Shown here: piece after piece, positions 1 to 9,419 of the stretch
Numbering within the stretch: the stretch's first letter is position 1
Layout of the letters: every line of letters starts with the position of its first letter
From: a virus
Virus record (IMG/VR): IMGVR_UViG_3300044675_005482
Span: 1-64,000 of that record
Length of the DNA: 64,000 nt
Strand: one strand, 5' to 3'
Notes under the pieces: model-generated
The model's input: the letters and a program-made list of their open reading frames with translations, nothing else
Database searches by the model: none
Told to the model about the DNA's origin: nothing
Program-made: the position numbers and the translations under genes

Positions 1-33
1 TGCATGTTTACATTATACACCCATACAAACACA

Positions 34-65
34 AAACCCAATCAGAGGCGGATCCGATTGGGTTT
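34..65 (-). terminator. Intrinsic terminator-like hairpin ending the minus-strand operon
   Basis: Minus strand AAACCCAATCGGA-TCCGCC-TCTGATTGGGTTT (13-bp stem with one G-U) followed by TGTGTTT. Confidence 0.65.
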
Positions 66-154
66 ATGTAGTATATTACTATACGTTATACTGGGAACAT
101 CTCTGCTCTACCAGCACTGCTTAATTGTAAAATAGTTATTTTACAAAGTCAATA

Positions 155-352
155 CTATGCGTCGAAATTAATTACGCCTTTTGAAGCTAATGTATCATAG
201 AGACCACCACACATTTGGATTAACTGTGGTTCCATTTCTAGGATATACTTCTCAAGATCCGCAAGCTTTACGCCTTCTTGATTTACTGCTGCAAGACGAT
301 TGTCGTTATTGATCTTTTCGACCATCATCAAGACTACTTGTTCCTTTGTCAT
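155..352 (-). CDS. Hypothetical protein (65 aa)
   Basis: Start overlaps the upstream stop (TAATG); GAGG SD upstream. Confidence 0.7.
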   Translation of the reverse strand: MTKEQVVLMMVEKINNDNRLAAVNQEGVKLADLEKYILEMEPQLIQMCGGLYDTLASKGVINFDA

Positions 353-567
353 TATATTTCCTCTTCATTGTTAGGGACGAACGAAGGGACTGGTCCCAAT
401 AAGTAACCCTTCTCATGATATTCTACCATTTTTGATGTATCTTCGCTACCCACCAATTTGTTAGATATTAAAGTTAATAAGTCATATATTCTATGAAGCA
501 TTATATATGTAACTAGGGGAAGGTTGTCTTCTAGATTGCTGCTTTCTTTATTCTGGTCTTCCTGCAT
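352..567 (-). CDS. Hypothetical protein (71 aa)
   Basis: Tightly packed ORF in the minus-strand operon. Confidence 0.7.
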   Translation of the reverse strand: MQEDQNKESSNLEDNLPLVTYIMLHRIYDLLTLISNKLVGSEDTSKMVEYHEKGYLLGPVPSFVPNNEEEI

Positions 568-667
568 CGAGCCAAAATACCTCTCTACCCATAGAGTCGG
601 TTATAGGAATTTCCTTAGACTCTCTTGAACACATACAAGATTCTGATGTGCACTGTTCTTCACTCAT
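548..667 (-). CDS. Small hypothetical protein, 39 aa (MSEEQCTSESCMCSRESKEIPITDSMGREVFWLDAGRPE), not in the ORF track
   Basis: ATGA overlap with the stop of 664..1755; GAGG SD upstream; fills the intergenic gap. Confidence 0.6.
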   Translation of the reverse strand: MSEEQCTSESCMCSRESKEIPITDSMGREVFWLDAGRPE

Positions 668-1755
668 AAATCAATTGCCTCTCTAATTAGATGATTGCTA
701 GATGTTTCTAAGTAATTAATTATATCATTTGAGTCTTCATCTAGATAGATGCTTTTTATAATGCCGTCATTTCTTCCAGACTGCCAGTGATATACCCCGT
801 ACTCCTCCATTGTAGAGGTGTGTATTGATATTATCTTAGTATTATTTGTTGCAAGCATTGGTACTACCAGACTGCTGCCAACCATAGATATTATATATTC
901 AGCAGAGGAACATATTTTTATTTGATTATTAAAGCTATGATTTTCTAGGTAAAATATTTCAAACCCTTTAGAATGCAGGTAGTCATACAGTAATTCATAA
1001 TTATTCCACCCTCTTCCGTATACATGGTAGTTTCTAGCTAAAAAAATTTTTTTACCAGGTATAGGATCTTTAACTATTTCTTTAAAATATTCTCTTAAAG
1101 AGTCAAACCTAAACGCACTTCCGAGTTTATGATTGTATACCCATGGTATATCGTATATACAGCTTTCAAAAGATAAATATGATTTATAAAGTTTAGCTGG
1201 ACACGCAATGCTTTTCCCCCAAGGATCATTTATACCGTATTCGCAAATATAAAATAGGTACACACTTTTTGCCGATATCGTTTTATGCATGTTTTCTGGA
1301 TCATTATGTAAAATAATATAATCAATGCCATTATCTTTAAAAAAAGAACTTACGTGATGATCTACCTTTGTTGAAATTTTTTCTTGCATTGATCTTCTAG
1401 ACTGTATAAGTAAAACTTTAAAATTTTCATTATTTTTTTTAAGTTCTAATATTTTAGGAAATTGCTCTACTACAGTATGGAAAAAAGCACTGGGCTCTTG
1501 AAATAAAACAATATTTTCATCGTAATGAATATCTCCAACAACATTGTTGTTTAAAACTACTGGAACTGGAACTGGAGATTTCACATTGCTTCTGTCTGGC
1601 ACAAGGCTTATAAGCGGGTTAGAAACTTTTAAATAAAAGCCACGGTTATTTTCGACCAACTTTTCAACATTAGGAGTTTTTTCTATTTCTTTTAAAAAAT
1701 TTATTCTGGACTCTTTGTTGGCAACAGATATTCCCTTAATATTTCCCAGAGCCAT
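664..1755 (-). CDS. Glycosyltransferase family 61 (DUF563)-like
   Basis: FFH motif; KKIFLAR..R..N; GFEIFYLEN.SF..QI; AEYII..VGSSL, typical of the GT61 C-terminal domain. Confidence 0.75.
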   Translation of the reverse strand: MALGNIKGISVANKESRINFLKEIEKTPNVEKLVENNRGFYLKVSNPLISLVPDRSNVKSPVPVPVVLNNNVVGDIHYDENIVLFQEPSAFFHTVVEQFPKILELKKNNENFKVLLIQSRRSMQEKISTKVDHHVSSFFKDNGIDYIILHNDPENMHKTISAKSVYLFYICEYGINDPWGKSIACPAKLYKSYLSFESCIYDIPWVYNHKLGSAFRFDSLREYFKEIVKDPIPGKKIFLARNYHVYGRGWNNYELLYDYLHSKGFEIFYLENHSFNNQIKICSSAEYIISMVGSSLVVPMLATNNTKIISIHTSTMEEYGVYHWQSGRNDGIIKSIYLDEDSNDIINYLETSSNHLIREAIDL

Positions 1756-2899
1756 GAATCCACCTCAAAGTTGTTTTGTTATCAGATGTTTCAAAGTAAT
1801 CTATAATAGAATTTCCATCAGGATCGCAGTACACCGTCTTTGCGTCAATATCATATCTAGCCGATTGATTAAAGTATATTCCAAAGTCTTGGCTTTTATC
1901 TGTATGTATAATAAATAGCTGGGTGTTAGGATTACAAAACATTACATTAATAAAAGAACTGCCTACCAAAGCAACTACACACTCTGCCTGAGTCACATAT
2001 GATATTTGTTCCATCATAGAAAGGTTTTCTTGATACAAAATTTCAAAGTTTTTATTTCTCATATAATTAGTTATTAAATCTGAGTTCTCAATGCTTCTAT
2101 CCATGAACTTTTTAGTATCACGAGTAATAAATATTTTTTTGCCAGGTACCGTATCTTTTATAGCGGGTTTAAAATTTCTTTTTAAAATCTCATAAGAGTC
2201 GGCAGCAAGCAAATTGGTATAATAGAATAAAGGCAATATTTGATAGCAGTTCTTTATATGCAAATCTTTATGTCGTTGCCCATAGTTCTTGTCATTCCCT
2301 CTTAATCCAGTTGTGTTGTGATATAGGTGGCTCATTTCAATACCAAGACCTAGATCGGAGTAATAAAATACATAGCCTGAGTTAGATGAAAAATTATGAT
2401 ATGCCGCATTAGTGTTAATTGTTTTACATTCATACTTTATCTCAAAATGATCTAAAAAGTCTTTCCAGTATTTTAAACTAACTCCTGTATCTTCAGAGCT
2501 TTCTGCTGGGTCGAGTAGGAAACTTGGGAAGACACCGTCTTTTGTATTTTCATGAGATGTGAGTACAACTTTAAAATCTTCATTTTGTTCTCTAAGGGTT
2601 AAAATTAATGGCATGTTTTCTAAAACATCGTGGAAGTATTTTCTTGTTAATGGAAGAACTAAAATGTTGTCGTCTATATGGTTTTCTAATTTTTTAAAAT
2701 CGTAAATAACTCCAGGACTAGTTCCATTGTGCTTTAAGGCAAAAGAATATGCTGGATTTTTTATTTTTAGCCAAAAACCTAGATTTCCGTAGTTTCCAAA
2801 TTTTTCTACAAACGGATTCTCTTCCATAAAAGACTTTAAAAATAATTCTTTTTCTTCAGGGTCTATTATAGACATACCTTTTAATTCGCCAAGTGCCAC
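1736..2899 (-). CDS. Glycosyltransferase family 61 (DUF563)-like, paralogue of 664..1755
   Basis: YFH; KKIFITR..RSIEN; FEILYQENLSMMEQI; AECVVALVGSSFINVMFC; shares the MALGxxKG N-terminus with its neighbour. Confidence 0.8.
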   Translation of the reverse strand: MALGELKGMSIIDPEEKELFLKSFMEENPFVEKFGNYGNLGFWLKIKNPAYSFALKHNGTSPGVIYDFKKLENHIDDNILVLPLTRKYFHDVLENMPLILTLREQNEDFKVVLTSHENTKDGVFPSFLLDPAESSEDTGVSLKYWKDFLDHFEIKYECKTINTNAAYHNFSSNSGYVFYYSDLGLGIEMSHLYHNTTGLRGNDKNYGQRHKDLHIKNCYQILPLFYYTNLLAADSYEILKRNFKPAIKDTVPGKKIFITRDTKKFMDRSIENSDLITNYMRNKNFEILYQENLSMMEQISYVTQAECVVALVGSSFINVMFCNPNTQLFIIHTDKSQDFGIYFNQSARYDIDAKTVYCDPDGNSIIDYFETSDNKTTLRWIHGSGKY

Positions 2900-3106
2900 T
2901 TACATATCCTTTATTTTTTTTACCAAATTACTATAAACTTCAATTCCAATATTATTTTTATAATTGCACGATAGGCAGTAGAGATATATTTTATCTTCGT
3001 TATCCTGATTACATAGGAGAAGACCTTGATCCATTGGGCATTCAAGCAACGGAACAAGGCCTTCCCTTGATAAGGCTATGTACTTAGATACATACTGTAT
3101 CTGCAT
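2900..3106 (-). CDS. Small Zn-ribbon-like protein
   Basis: CPMD...CLSC motif. Confidence 0.6.
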   Translation of the reverse strand: MQIQYVSKYIALSREGLVPLLECPMDQGLLLCNQDNEDKIYLYCLSCNYKNNIGIEVYSNLVKKIKDM

Positions 3107-3111
3107 TTATC

Positions 3112-3669
3112 CTACTTCTTTACATCAGTTGGGAATTGCAAAAGCCATTCCTTAGCCTTCGGGGTCAGACCCTTCCAGCTGGACCAATCTTCACCGCCAT
3201 TGGTCATATAGTACGTTATCTCTGCGTTTGTTACTGGGTCGAATAACTCTCTGTTACTCTTTAGGTCGAATTTCTCAAGTCTTTCAGGACCGAGATCTCC
3301 TAACATGTTAATCTGGAAAATTCCGTAGGAACTATCTCCAGTTTTCCTATTCCCGTTATATGCAAGCGGTCTTCCATTAGATTCACGCTTTGCTATTGAC
3401 CAAGCTTTCTTAAGGCCTAGTCCTTCGAATCCTACAGTCTCAAGCAATAGTTTTAGCTCTTCGTCTGTAAGCATCTCAGATGGCTTGTAAATCTCTTTAC
3501 TAAAACTATCTAAGACTTCTTGCTTTAATTGGGCTTCAGTTTTCACTAAAGGTTTTACTTCTAAGGCTTGGACTGGCTGTACAGGAAACATAAATAATGT
3601 TATCATTACTATTGTAACCACGTTATGAGCCAAGTCGCTAACCTGTTGTTTTATTTTCTCCATTGGCAT
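3112..3669 (-). CDS. Lytic transglycosylase / lysozyme-like protein with N-terminal hydrophobic segment
   Basis: RESNG catalytic Glu, SYGIFQINM, FDPVTNA, GG.DWS.W; start moved to ATG 3669 behind a GAGGAGG SD. Confidence 0.8.
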   Translation of the reverse strand: MPMEKIKQQVSDLAHNVVTIVMITLFMFPVQPVQALEVKPLVKTEAQLKQEVLDSFSKEIYKPSEMLTDEELKLLLETVGFEGLGLKKAWSIAKRESNGRPLAYNGNRKTGDSSYGIFQINMLGDLGPERLEKFDLKSNRELFDPVTNAEITYYMTNGGEDWSSWKGLTPKAKEWLLQFPTDVKK

Positions 3670-3696
3670 TTCCTCCTCTAGAGATAACGAACTACA

Positions 3697-3726
3697 ATCA
3701 TAACATTGATTGGATAAGCCTGTCAA
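3697..3726 (-). promoter_or_regulatory. Sigma70-type promoter for the minus-strand operon
   Basis: TTGACA-N18-TATGAT with a TG extended -10. Confidence 0.65.
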
Positions 3727-3748
3727 CCTGGTCAACTAAAAGGAAAAT

Positions 3749-4741
3749 ATGGATATTTCGTTCTCAACGCCTAAAGTAAACCTAACTAATAGCACGGGAT
3801 ACGGCTATGCAACGTGGCACATTATAGAATCTTTAAAAAAATTAGGACATAATGTTCCATTTCAAGATTATCGGGCACCAATCCAATTAAATTTTGCACA
3901 ACCATTTCAATATAAGCTACATAGAGATCAATATCAAATTAGTTATACTCCGTGGGAGTCAACAGTTGTTCCACAAAATTGGTTTCCAATGCTTGAATAC
4001 TGTGATGAAATATGGACAACATCGGACTGGTGTGCCAACGTATTTGAAGACAACGGAATGAAAAACGTAAAGGTTTATGCACACGGGATAGACTCTGTTT
4101 GGACTCCATTAAGAAGACAAGATGATGGAGTTATTAAATTCCTTCATGTTGGAGAACCAGCACCAAGAAAAGCTGGACAAATGGCTGTCAATGCCTTCAT
4201 AGAACTGTTTGGAAATAATCCAAATTATCATTTAACAATTAAGGCATATAACAATAACACAACAAGAATATTTAATAACTTTTCGGATAAAGAAATTATT
4301 GGTTTGCCAGATGCAATGTATAATAATATAACCGTTCTTCCAGATGAAATAGAAGAAGAAGATTTAATAAAACTTTATCATGACCACGACGTTTTACTGT
4401 ATCCAAGCTACGGAGAAGGTTTTGGATTTATCCCGCTTCAAGCTTTAGCAACTGGCATGCCAACAATTTGCACAGAAGCATGGGCACATTACGATAAATT
4501 TTTAGGACCACTGGCATTACGATCTACAATAGTAGATTCACCATTTTCAAATCTTCCTGGAAAAGTTTATGAGCCAAACTATAAACACCTACTTGAGCTT
4601 ATGAAAGATGTCGCTTTAAATTTTAATGCATACTCAGGTTTTTATTTTGCACAAGCCCCTAAAATACATAAAGAATACAACTGGGTCCAGTTGACTAAGA
4701 ATGCATTTGATCCAGTAATAAAAAAAATTAATAACCCCTAG
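3749..4741 (+). CDS. GT-B glycosyltransferase (GT4-like)
   Basis: GYG, PWE, RK, PSYGEGFGFIPLQALATGMP (E-x7-E/Q motif). Confidence 0.85.
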   Translation: MDISFSTPKVNLTNSTGYGYATWHIIESLKKLGHNVPFQDYRAPIQLNFAQPFQYKLHRDQYQISYTPWESTVVPQNWFPMLEYCDEIWTTSDWCANVFEDNGMKNVKVYAHGIDSVWTPLRRQDDGVIKFLHVGEPAPRKAGQMAVNAFIELFGNNPNYHLTIKAYNNNTTRIFNNFSDKEIIGLPDAMYNNITVLPDEIEEEDLIKLYHDHDVLLYPSYGEGFGFIPLQALATGMPTICTEAWAHYDKFLGPLALRSTIVDSPFSNLPGKVYEPNYKHLLELMKDVALNFNAYSGFYFAQAPKIHKEYNWVQLTKNAFDPVIKKINNP

Positions 4742-4818
4742 ACCGCTAACAAAAAGTTTGATACACTAGAGCTTCATTCAAAAAATTATAACCGCAAGGC
4801 GGAGAAAAGGTATTATAT

Positions 4819-6753
4819 ATGTCAAAGACTATTGCTAACCCATATGAAAATTTTATTGCGCTATCTCGATATGCGAGATGGATTCCAGAAGAGAATCGTC
4901 GTGAGACATGGGGAGAAACAGTAGACAGATACTTTTCTTTTATGTTGGATCATTTAAAAGAAAATCACAATTACATTCCAGATGAGAAGCTTGTAGCGGA
5001 ATTAAAAGACGGTGTATTCCAAAGAAACGTCATGCCATCCATGCGCTCTGTAATGACTGCAGGAGCTGCATTAGAAAGAGACAACGTGGCTGGATACAAC
5101 TGCTCATTTGTCCCTGTAGATTCACCACGCTCATTTGATGAAACAATGTATATCTTGATGTGCGGCACTGGAGTTGGATTCTCTGTTGAATACAAGTATG
5201 TTAATAAGCTTCCTTCCGTCCCAGACTCATTTGATAAGACAGATACAGTTATTGTTGTTGAAGATTCAAAGCAAGGTTGGGCTAAGGCATACCGTGAACT
5301 ACTTGCATTGCTTTGGACAGGTCACATTCCAGCAATTGATGTTTCTAAGGTTAGACCTGCTGGTGCACGTCTTAAGACAATGGGCGGACGCTCATCTGGC
5401 CCACAGCCACTTGTAAATCTTTTCGATTTTACTATCGCAAAGTTTAAAAATGCAGCTGGTCGTCAACTTAAGCCTATTGAAGCACATGACATTATGTGTA
5501 AGATTGGTGAAGTTGTTGTTGTAGGTGGAGTACGTCGCTCAGCAATGATTTCTCTGTCTAACATTAATGATATTGAAATGGCAGCAGCAAAGTCTGGTAA
5601 CTGGTGGGAGAATAATACTCAACGTGCACTTTCAAATAACTCTGTTGCTTATTCACGCAAGCCAGAGATGGAACAATTTATAGCAGAATGGAAAAACCTT
5701 TATGATTCAAAGTCAGGAGAACGAGGTATATACAATGTGGCCGCAGCTCAAGCCCAAGCAGCCAAGTATGGAAGAAGAGATCCAGATATTCACTATGGAA
5801 CTAACCCGTGCTCAGAGATTATCCTACGTCCTTACCAGTTTTGTAATCTTTCAGAAGTCGTATTACGTGAAAAAGATACAAACGAAGATGTCGCAAATAA
5901 AGTACGCCTTGCAACAATCCTTGGGACTTGGCAATCAACCCTAACAGACTTTAAGTATCTACGTAAAATTTGGAAAGACAACACAGAAGAAGAAAGACTA
6001 CTTGGAGTTTCATTAACAGGACAATTTGGACACAAGTTTTTTTCTGGAAAGCAAGGTCTGGATAAGCTAGAGGACACTCTATCTAGACTTCGTGAATATG
6101 CTCGTGAAATAAATACAGAAGAGGCTGGGAAAATTGGGATTCCTGAGTCTGCAGCTATTACATGTGTAAAGCCTTCTGGAACAGTATCTCAATTGGTCGG
6201 GGTATCTTCAGGAATGCATCCATGGCATTCACCATATTACATTAGAACAGTTCGTGGCTCAAAGGGTGATCCAATTTCTACTTTCTTAAAGGAAGTTGGA
6301 ATTCCAGTTGAAGATGACGTAATGAAGCCAAATGACACTTACGTATTTTCATTTCCAGTAAAAGCTCCAGAAGGTGCAATTGTTAGAAATGACTTAACGG
6401 CACTTGATCACCTAAACACTTGGCTTGTTTATCAACGTGCATGGTGTGAGCACAAGCCTTCAATTACAGTATCTGTAAAGGAAGAAGAATGGATGGAAGT
6501 TGGAGCTTGGGTATATAAGCATTTTGACGAAGTGTCTGGAATTTCATTCCTGCCTCATTCAGATCACACATACAAGCAAGCGCCATACCAAGAAGTTGAT
6601 AAGGCAGAGTACGATGCACTTGTTGCAAAGATGCCAAAAGATATTAGATGGGAAGATTTATCTTTCTATGAGACAGAAGATGGCACTTCTACCAACGCCA
6701 CCCTCGCTTGTACTTCAGACGGAAATTGCGAGATTGTAGATATATCAGCTTAA
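4819..6753 (+). CDS. nrdJ: Class II (adenosylcobalamin-dependent) ribonucleotide reductase
   Basis: YNCSF, GTGVG, VVVGGVRRSA, TNPCSEI, CNLSE, TCVKPSGT, C-terminal CTSDGNC. Confidence 0.93.
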   Translation: MSKTIANPYENFIALSRYARWIPEENRRETWGETVDRYFSFMLDHLKENHNYIPDEKLVAELKDGVFQRNVMPSMRSVMTAGAALERDNVAGYNCSFVPVDSPRSFDETMYILMCGTGVGFSVEYKYVNKLPSVPDSFDKTDTVIVVEDSKQGWAKAYRELLALLWTGHIPAIDVSKVRPAGARLKTMGGRSSGPQPLVNLFDFTIAKFKNAAGRQLKPIEAHDIMCKIGEVVVVGGVRRSAMISLSNINDIEMAAAKSGNWWENNTQRALSNNSVAYSRKPEMEQFIAEWKNLYDSKSGERGIYNVAAAQAQAAKYGRRDPDIHYGTNPCSEIILRPYQFCNLSEVVLREKDTNEDVANKVRLATILGTWQSTLTDFKYLRKIWKDNTEEERLLGVSLTGQFGHKFFSGKQGLDKLEDTLSRLREYAREINTEEAGKIGIPESAAITCVKPSGTVSQLVGVSSGMHPWHSPYYIRTVRGSKGDPISTFLKEVGIPVEDDVMKPNDTYVFSFPVKAPEGAIVRNDLTALDHLNTWLVYQRAWCEHKPSITVSVKEEEWMEVGAWVYKHFDEVSGISFLPHSDHTYKQAPYQEVDKAEYDALVAKMPKDIRWEDLSFYETEDGTSTNATLACTSDGNCEIVDISA

Positions 6754-6762
6754 TGGTAGAAT
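6734..6762 (+). promoter_or_regulatory. Sigma70-type promoter upstream of the holin
   Basis: TTGTAG-N17-TAGAAT with TG extension. Confidence 0.55.
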
Positions 6763-6822
6763 ATATAGTATTGGGATAAGATCCCAAAATTCTAGGGCAC
6801 AATGTCCAAGAAGGAGAATAAG

Positions 6823-7050
6823 ATGAAAAAAGATCTTAACAAGGATGGAAAGGTTACAATGACAGAGGAAATTTTAGCAGCGCTTGGAACATATGCGAGA
6901 GCATTTCTTTCAGCAGCTATTGCTCTTTACATGACTGGCAATACAAATCCAAGAGATTTGCTGATGGGCGGAATCGCAGCCGTAGCTCCAGTAATTCTTA
7001 AGGCTCTTAGCCCAAGTAACAAAGAATTTGGCTTTAAGTCAGACAAGTAA
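6823..7050 (+). CDS. Putative holin (two TM segments); alternative in-frame start at 6802
   Basis: AAGGAG SD before ATG 6823; TYARAFLSAAIAL and GGIAAVAPVILKALSP..KEFG resemble actinophage holins. Confidence 0.65.
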   Translation: MKKDLNKDGKVTMTEEILAALGTYARAFLSAAIALYMTGNTNPRDLLMGGIAAVAPVILKALSPSNKEFGFKSDK

Positions 7051-7061
7051 TTAATCTAGAT

Positions 7062-7103
7062 TAGGAACGCTCCTGTGCTAAAATTAGTACAGGAGTTTTC
7101 CTA
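7062..7103 (+). terminator. Long hairpin after the holin, overlapping a TGnTAAAAT element
   Basis: TAGGAA-cg-CTCCTGTGCTA-aaat-TAGTACAGGAG-tt-TTCCTA. Confidence 0.5.
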
Positions 7104-7120
7104 TTTAGGAGTACTAGTAA

Positions 7121-7468
7121 ATGGCAGGACAAAAGAATTTTGAAGTAGATCAAAATGCTACTTTTACATTTATTGTTGAATACAAAGACAATAATGATAC
7201 ACCCATAGACTTGACAGGTGCAAGCGCTAAAATGCAGGTTCGTGATAGTAAAGGCGGACAGAAGTTGGCATTTTCACTAACATCTCCAGGTGGTGGTATC
7301 ACTATAGATCCACTCTTAGGCAAATTAACTATTAAAATAACTCCTACTCAAACAAACAAGTTGTTTTATCCAAAGTCAGAATATGATATTATGTTAACTG
7401 ATTCAAATGCTAATAAGATAAAATTATTAGAAGGATATATGACGCTGAGTAGGAGTGTAACCATTTAA
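7121..7468 (+). CDS. Virion structural protein (BppU N-terminal-like Ig fold)
   Basis: QNATF..PIDLTGASAKMQVR..YDI pattern common in phage fibre adaptors. Confidence 0.6.
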   Translation: MAGQKNFEVDQNATFTFIVEYKDNNDTPIDLTGASAKMQVRDSKGGQKLAFSLTSPGGGITIDPLLGKLTIKITPTQTNKLFYPKSEYDIMLTDSNANKIKLLEGYMTLSRSVTI

Positions 7469-7935
7469 TGGCTGAAAAGGTAATAGTAAACGAAGAAGTA
7501 AATTCTGTAGTTGTAAGAGAAACAATCAATCAGATCAATGTCGCATCTCCTGGGCCACAAGGCCCAAGAGGAAAAACTATTCTTAATGGTTTAGGTTCCC
7601 CAGCAGACAACCTCGGACTAGAGGGAGATTTTTATTATGATAAAAATACCACTAGATTCTATGGTCCAAAGCTTTCAGATCTTACCTGGGCAAATGCTAC
7701 TAACTACCTGCTAAGCACAATGACATTAACCTATTCGTGGGAGATGGCTCAAGTTGCTGGACCTGTAAATGGATCATACTCTGTAATAATAAATCACAAC
7801 ATGGGCTATAACCCAAATGTTACTATCAAGTCGTCAGCTGGCGACATATTAGAAACTGGAATAGACTATAATAGTATAAATAGAATCACACTGACAATGG
7901 CACAACCTTTCGCAGGTACAGCCTACTTGTCATAA
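7468..7935 (+). CDS. Fibre-associated protein with a short collagen-like segment
   Basis: PGPQGPRG; GLEGDFYYD; HNMGYNPNV. Confidence 0.6.
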   Translation: MAEKVIVNEEVNSVVVRETINQINVASPGPQGPRGKTILNGLGSPADNLGLEGDFYYDKNTTRFYGPKLSDLTWANATNYLLSTMTLTYSWEMAQVAGPVNGSYSVIINHNMGYNPNVTIKSSAGDILETGIDYNSINRITLTMAQPFAGTAYLS

Positions 7936-7947
7936 GGGAGAAAGAAC

Positions 7948-9417
7948 ATGGCAAGAAAATATTTAGTAAGCGTTGACCTCAATAAAAATGAGTTACAAAA
8001 CGCCCGAATTCAAAATTTAGGATCAGCACCATCATCACCAGTAGCTGGTCAAATATACTTTAACACATCAGATCATTTCCTATATTTTTATAGCGGATCT
8101 GAATGGCTTAGAGCATCAGGTGACTTTGGTGCAGGCGGACTAACAACAGACTTAACATTTGGCAATACTGCTTCAGACGGAACTTCTACATCTGTTGCAA
8201 GAGCTGACCATACACACTCAATACCAGACGTTCTAGGAACATCTGGTCAAATTAATGTAGCAAAAGCTAGCGTTTCAGGCGACGCAACAATTTCCCTTAT
8301 TGATTCTGGAGCTACAGCAGGTACATATGGCGCTTCAGATAAAACCTTAACAGCAACAGTTGATTCAAAGGGTAGAATAACAGCTATATCTGAATCAGCA
8401 ATTAGCATTGCAACATCTCAAGTAAATGATCTTCAAGAATATATTGAGGACAAGGTTGGTAACCTAGTTGTTGCTGGAGAAGGCATTGATGTAACTTATG
8501 ACGACGCATCAGGACACTTTACTATTGATGCAGAAATTGCAACTGATACAAATCGTGGTGTTGCAAGTTTTGACCCTACAGATTTTACAGTAACATCAGG
8601 CAATGTGGTTCTAAATGCAGAAAGAGTTCAAGACATTGTTGGCGGAATGGTCACATCTCCAAATACAGAGTCTGGAATTTCAGTTACATATGACGATGTA
8701 AATGGAAAGCTAGATTTTGATACAAATGACTTTACCATTACTCTTACAGGAGATGTAACAGGTTCTGGAACAGTAACAGATCTTGGAAATGTAAGTTTTG
8801 CAACTACAATTCAGCCAAACTCAGTTGCTCTTGGCACAGATACAACTGGTGATTATGTTGCTGGCATATCTGGAACCGCAAATGAGATTGTTGTTACAAA
8901 TTCTGGCGGAGAAGGATCAAGCGTAACAATTGGTCTTCCAGATGATGTAACAATTGGCGGACACCTCACAGTTAATGGAAATCTTGATGTAATAGGATCA
9001 ATTAACTCAATAAACTCAACACAGGTAAATATTTCTGATAATAAGATTAACTTGAACTCCGATATGGATGAGCAAGCTACACCAATCTTAGATGCAGGTA
9101 TTATTGTTCACCGTGGTATTGAGAATGACGCTCTTCTAACATGGAACGAAACAGCAGATCAATGGCAAATAGGACTAGATACTGGTCCGCAACATGCTAT
9201 TGCAAGAAAGTATTCTGCATTAATTGGTGACGGGTCTCTAACAAGCTACCCAGTAACACACAATTTAAATACAAGAGATGTAACAGTTGAAGTATATGAT
9301 GTTGCAAATTATGCAACTGTAGAAACTGACATTGTAAGAACTTCTGAAAATGTTGTCACTATATCATTTGCGGTGGCTCCTTCAGCAGGATCATATAAGG
9401 TAGTAATAGTAGGGTAA
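7948..9417 (+). CDS. Tail/head fibre protein
   Basis: GQIYFN, AGTYG..TVDSKGRIT, ITLTGDVTG, DNKINLN, THNLNT fibre motifs. Confidence 0.75.
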   Translation: MARKYLVSVDLNKNELQNARIQNLGSAPSSPVAGQIYFNTSDHFLYFYSGSEWLRASGDFGAGGLTTDLTFGNTASDGTSTSVARADHTHSIPDVLGTSGQINVAKASVSGDATISLIDSGATAGTYGASDKTLTATVDSKGRITAISESAISIATSQVNDLQEYIEDKVGNLVVAGEGIDVTYDDASGHFTIDAEIATDTNRGVASFDPTDFTVTSGNVVLNAERVQDIVGGMVTSPNTESGISVTYDDVNGKLDFDTNDFTITLTGDVTGSGTVTDLGNVSFATTIQPNSVALGTDTTGDYVAGISGTANEIVVTNSGGEGSSVTIGLPDDVTIGGHLTVNGNLDVIGSINSINSTQVNISDNKINLNSDMDEQATPILDAGIIVHRGIENDALLTWNETADQWQIGLDTGPQHAIARKYSALIGDGSLTSYPVTHNLNTRDVTVEVYDVANYATVETDIVRTSENVVTISFAVAPSAGSYKVVIVG

Positions 9418-9419
9418 TT

